This document shows positions 34,262-34,299 of a DNA stretch of 34,299 nucleotides, piece after piece; within the stretch, counting starts at the first letter, position 1; the number at the start of each line of letters is the position of its first letter. A model generated the notes under the pieces. That model made no database searches, was not told the origin of the DNA, and was given only the letters and a program-made list of their open reading frames with translations. The DNA comes from Octopus bimaculoides. Taxonomy: Eukaryota. The stretch lies in NCBI RefSeq assembly GCF_001194135.2, contig NC_068991.1, positions 48,475,898-48,510,196 on the forward strand, written 5' to 3'. A program made the position numbers and the translations under genes.

Positions 34262-34299
<38 letters not shown>

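Overview
Eukaryotic, AT-rich, repeat-dominated genomic DNA from a fragmented short-read-type assembly. It has 16 N-gaps totalling about 5.2 kb, most flanked by microsatellites. The tRNA-derived SINE families and very dense (TA)n/(TG)n/(TACA)n/(TATC)n tracts point to an octopod cephalopod (Octopus-like); this is inference from recognised repeats, not a database result. No intact gene is present, and nearly all long ORFs in the track are artefacts of N-runs or microsatellites. Well supported: an internally deleted Tc1/mariner (maT/DD37D-like) transposon with both TIRs and TA TSDs (8388-9368), LINE relics (Tx1/L1-like, R4/Dong-like, CR1/L2/Jockey-group-like), and about 20 SINE copies from three main families. 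Tentative: several minus-strand exon candidates, two of which join in frame into a CUB-like peptide, so the window may be mostly intronic. I found no demonstrable new biological system. The best leads are a nested foldback palindrome with an overlapping 2-kb inverted repeat, a 16-bp-TSD insertion with a permuted or LTR-like SINE layout, a Tx1-like LINE sitting inside a (TATC)n tract, an internally inverted R4/Dong relic, two degenerate hammerhead-like motifs, and a complete strand bias of one SINE family.
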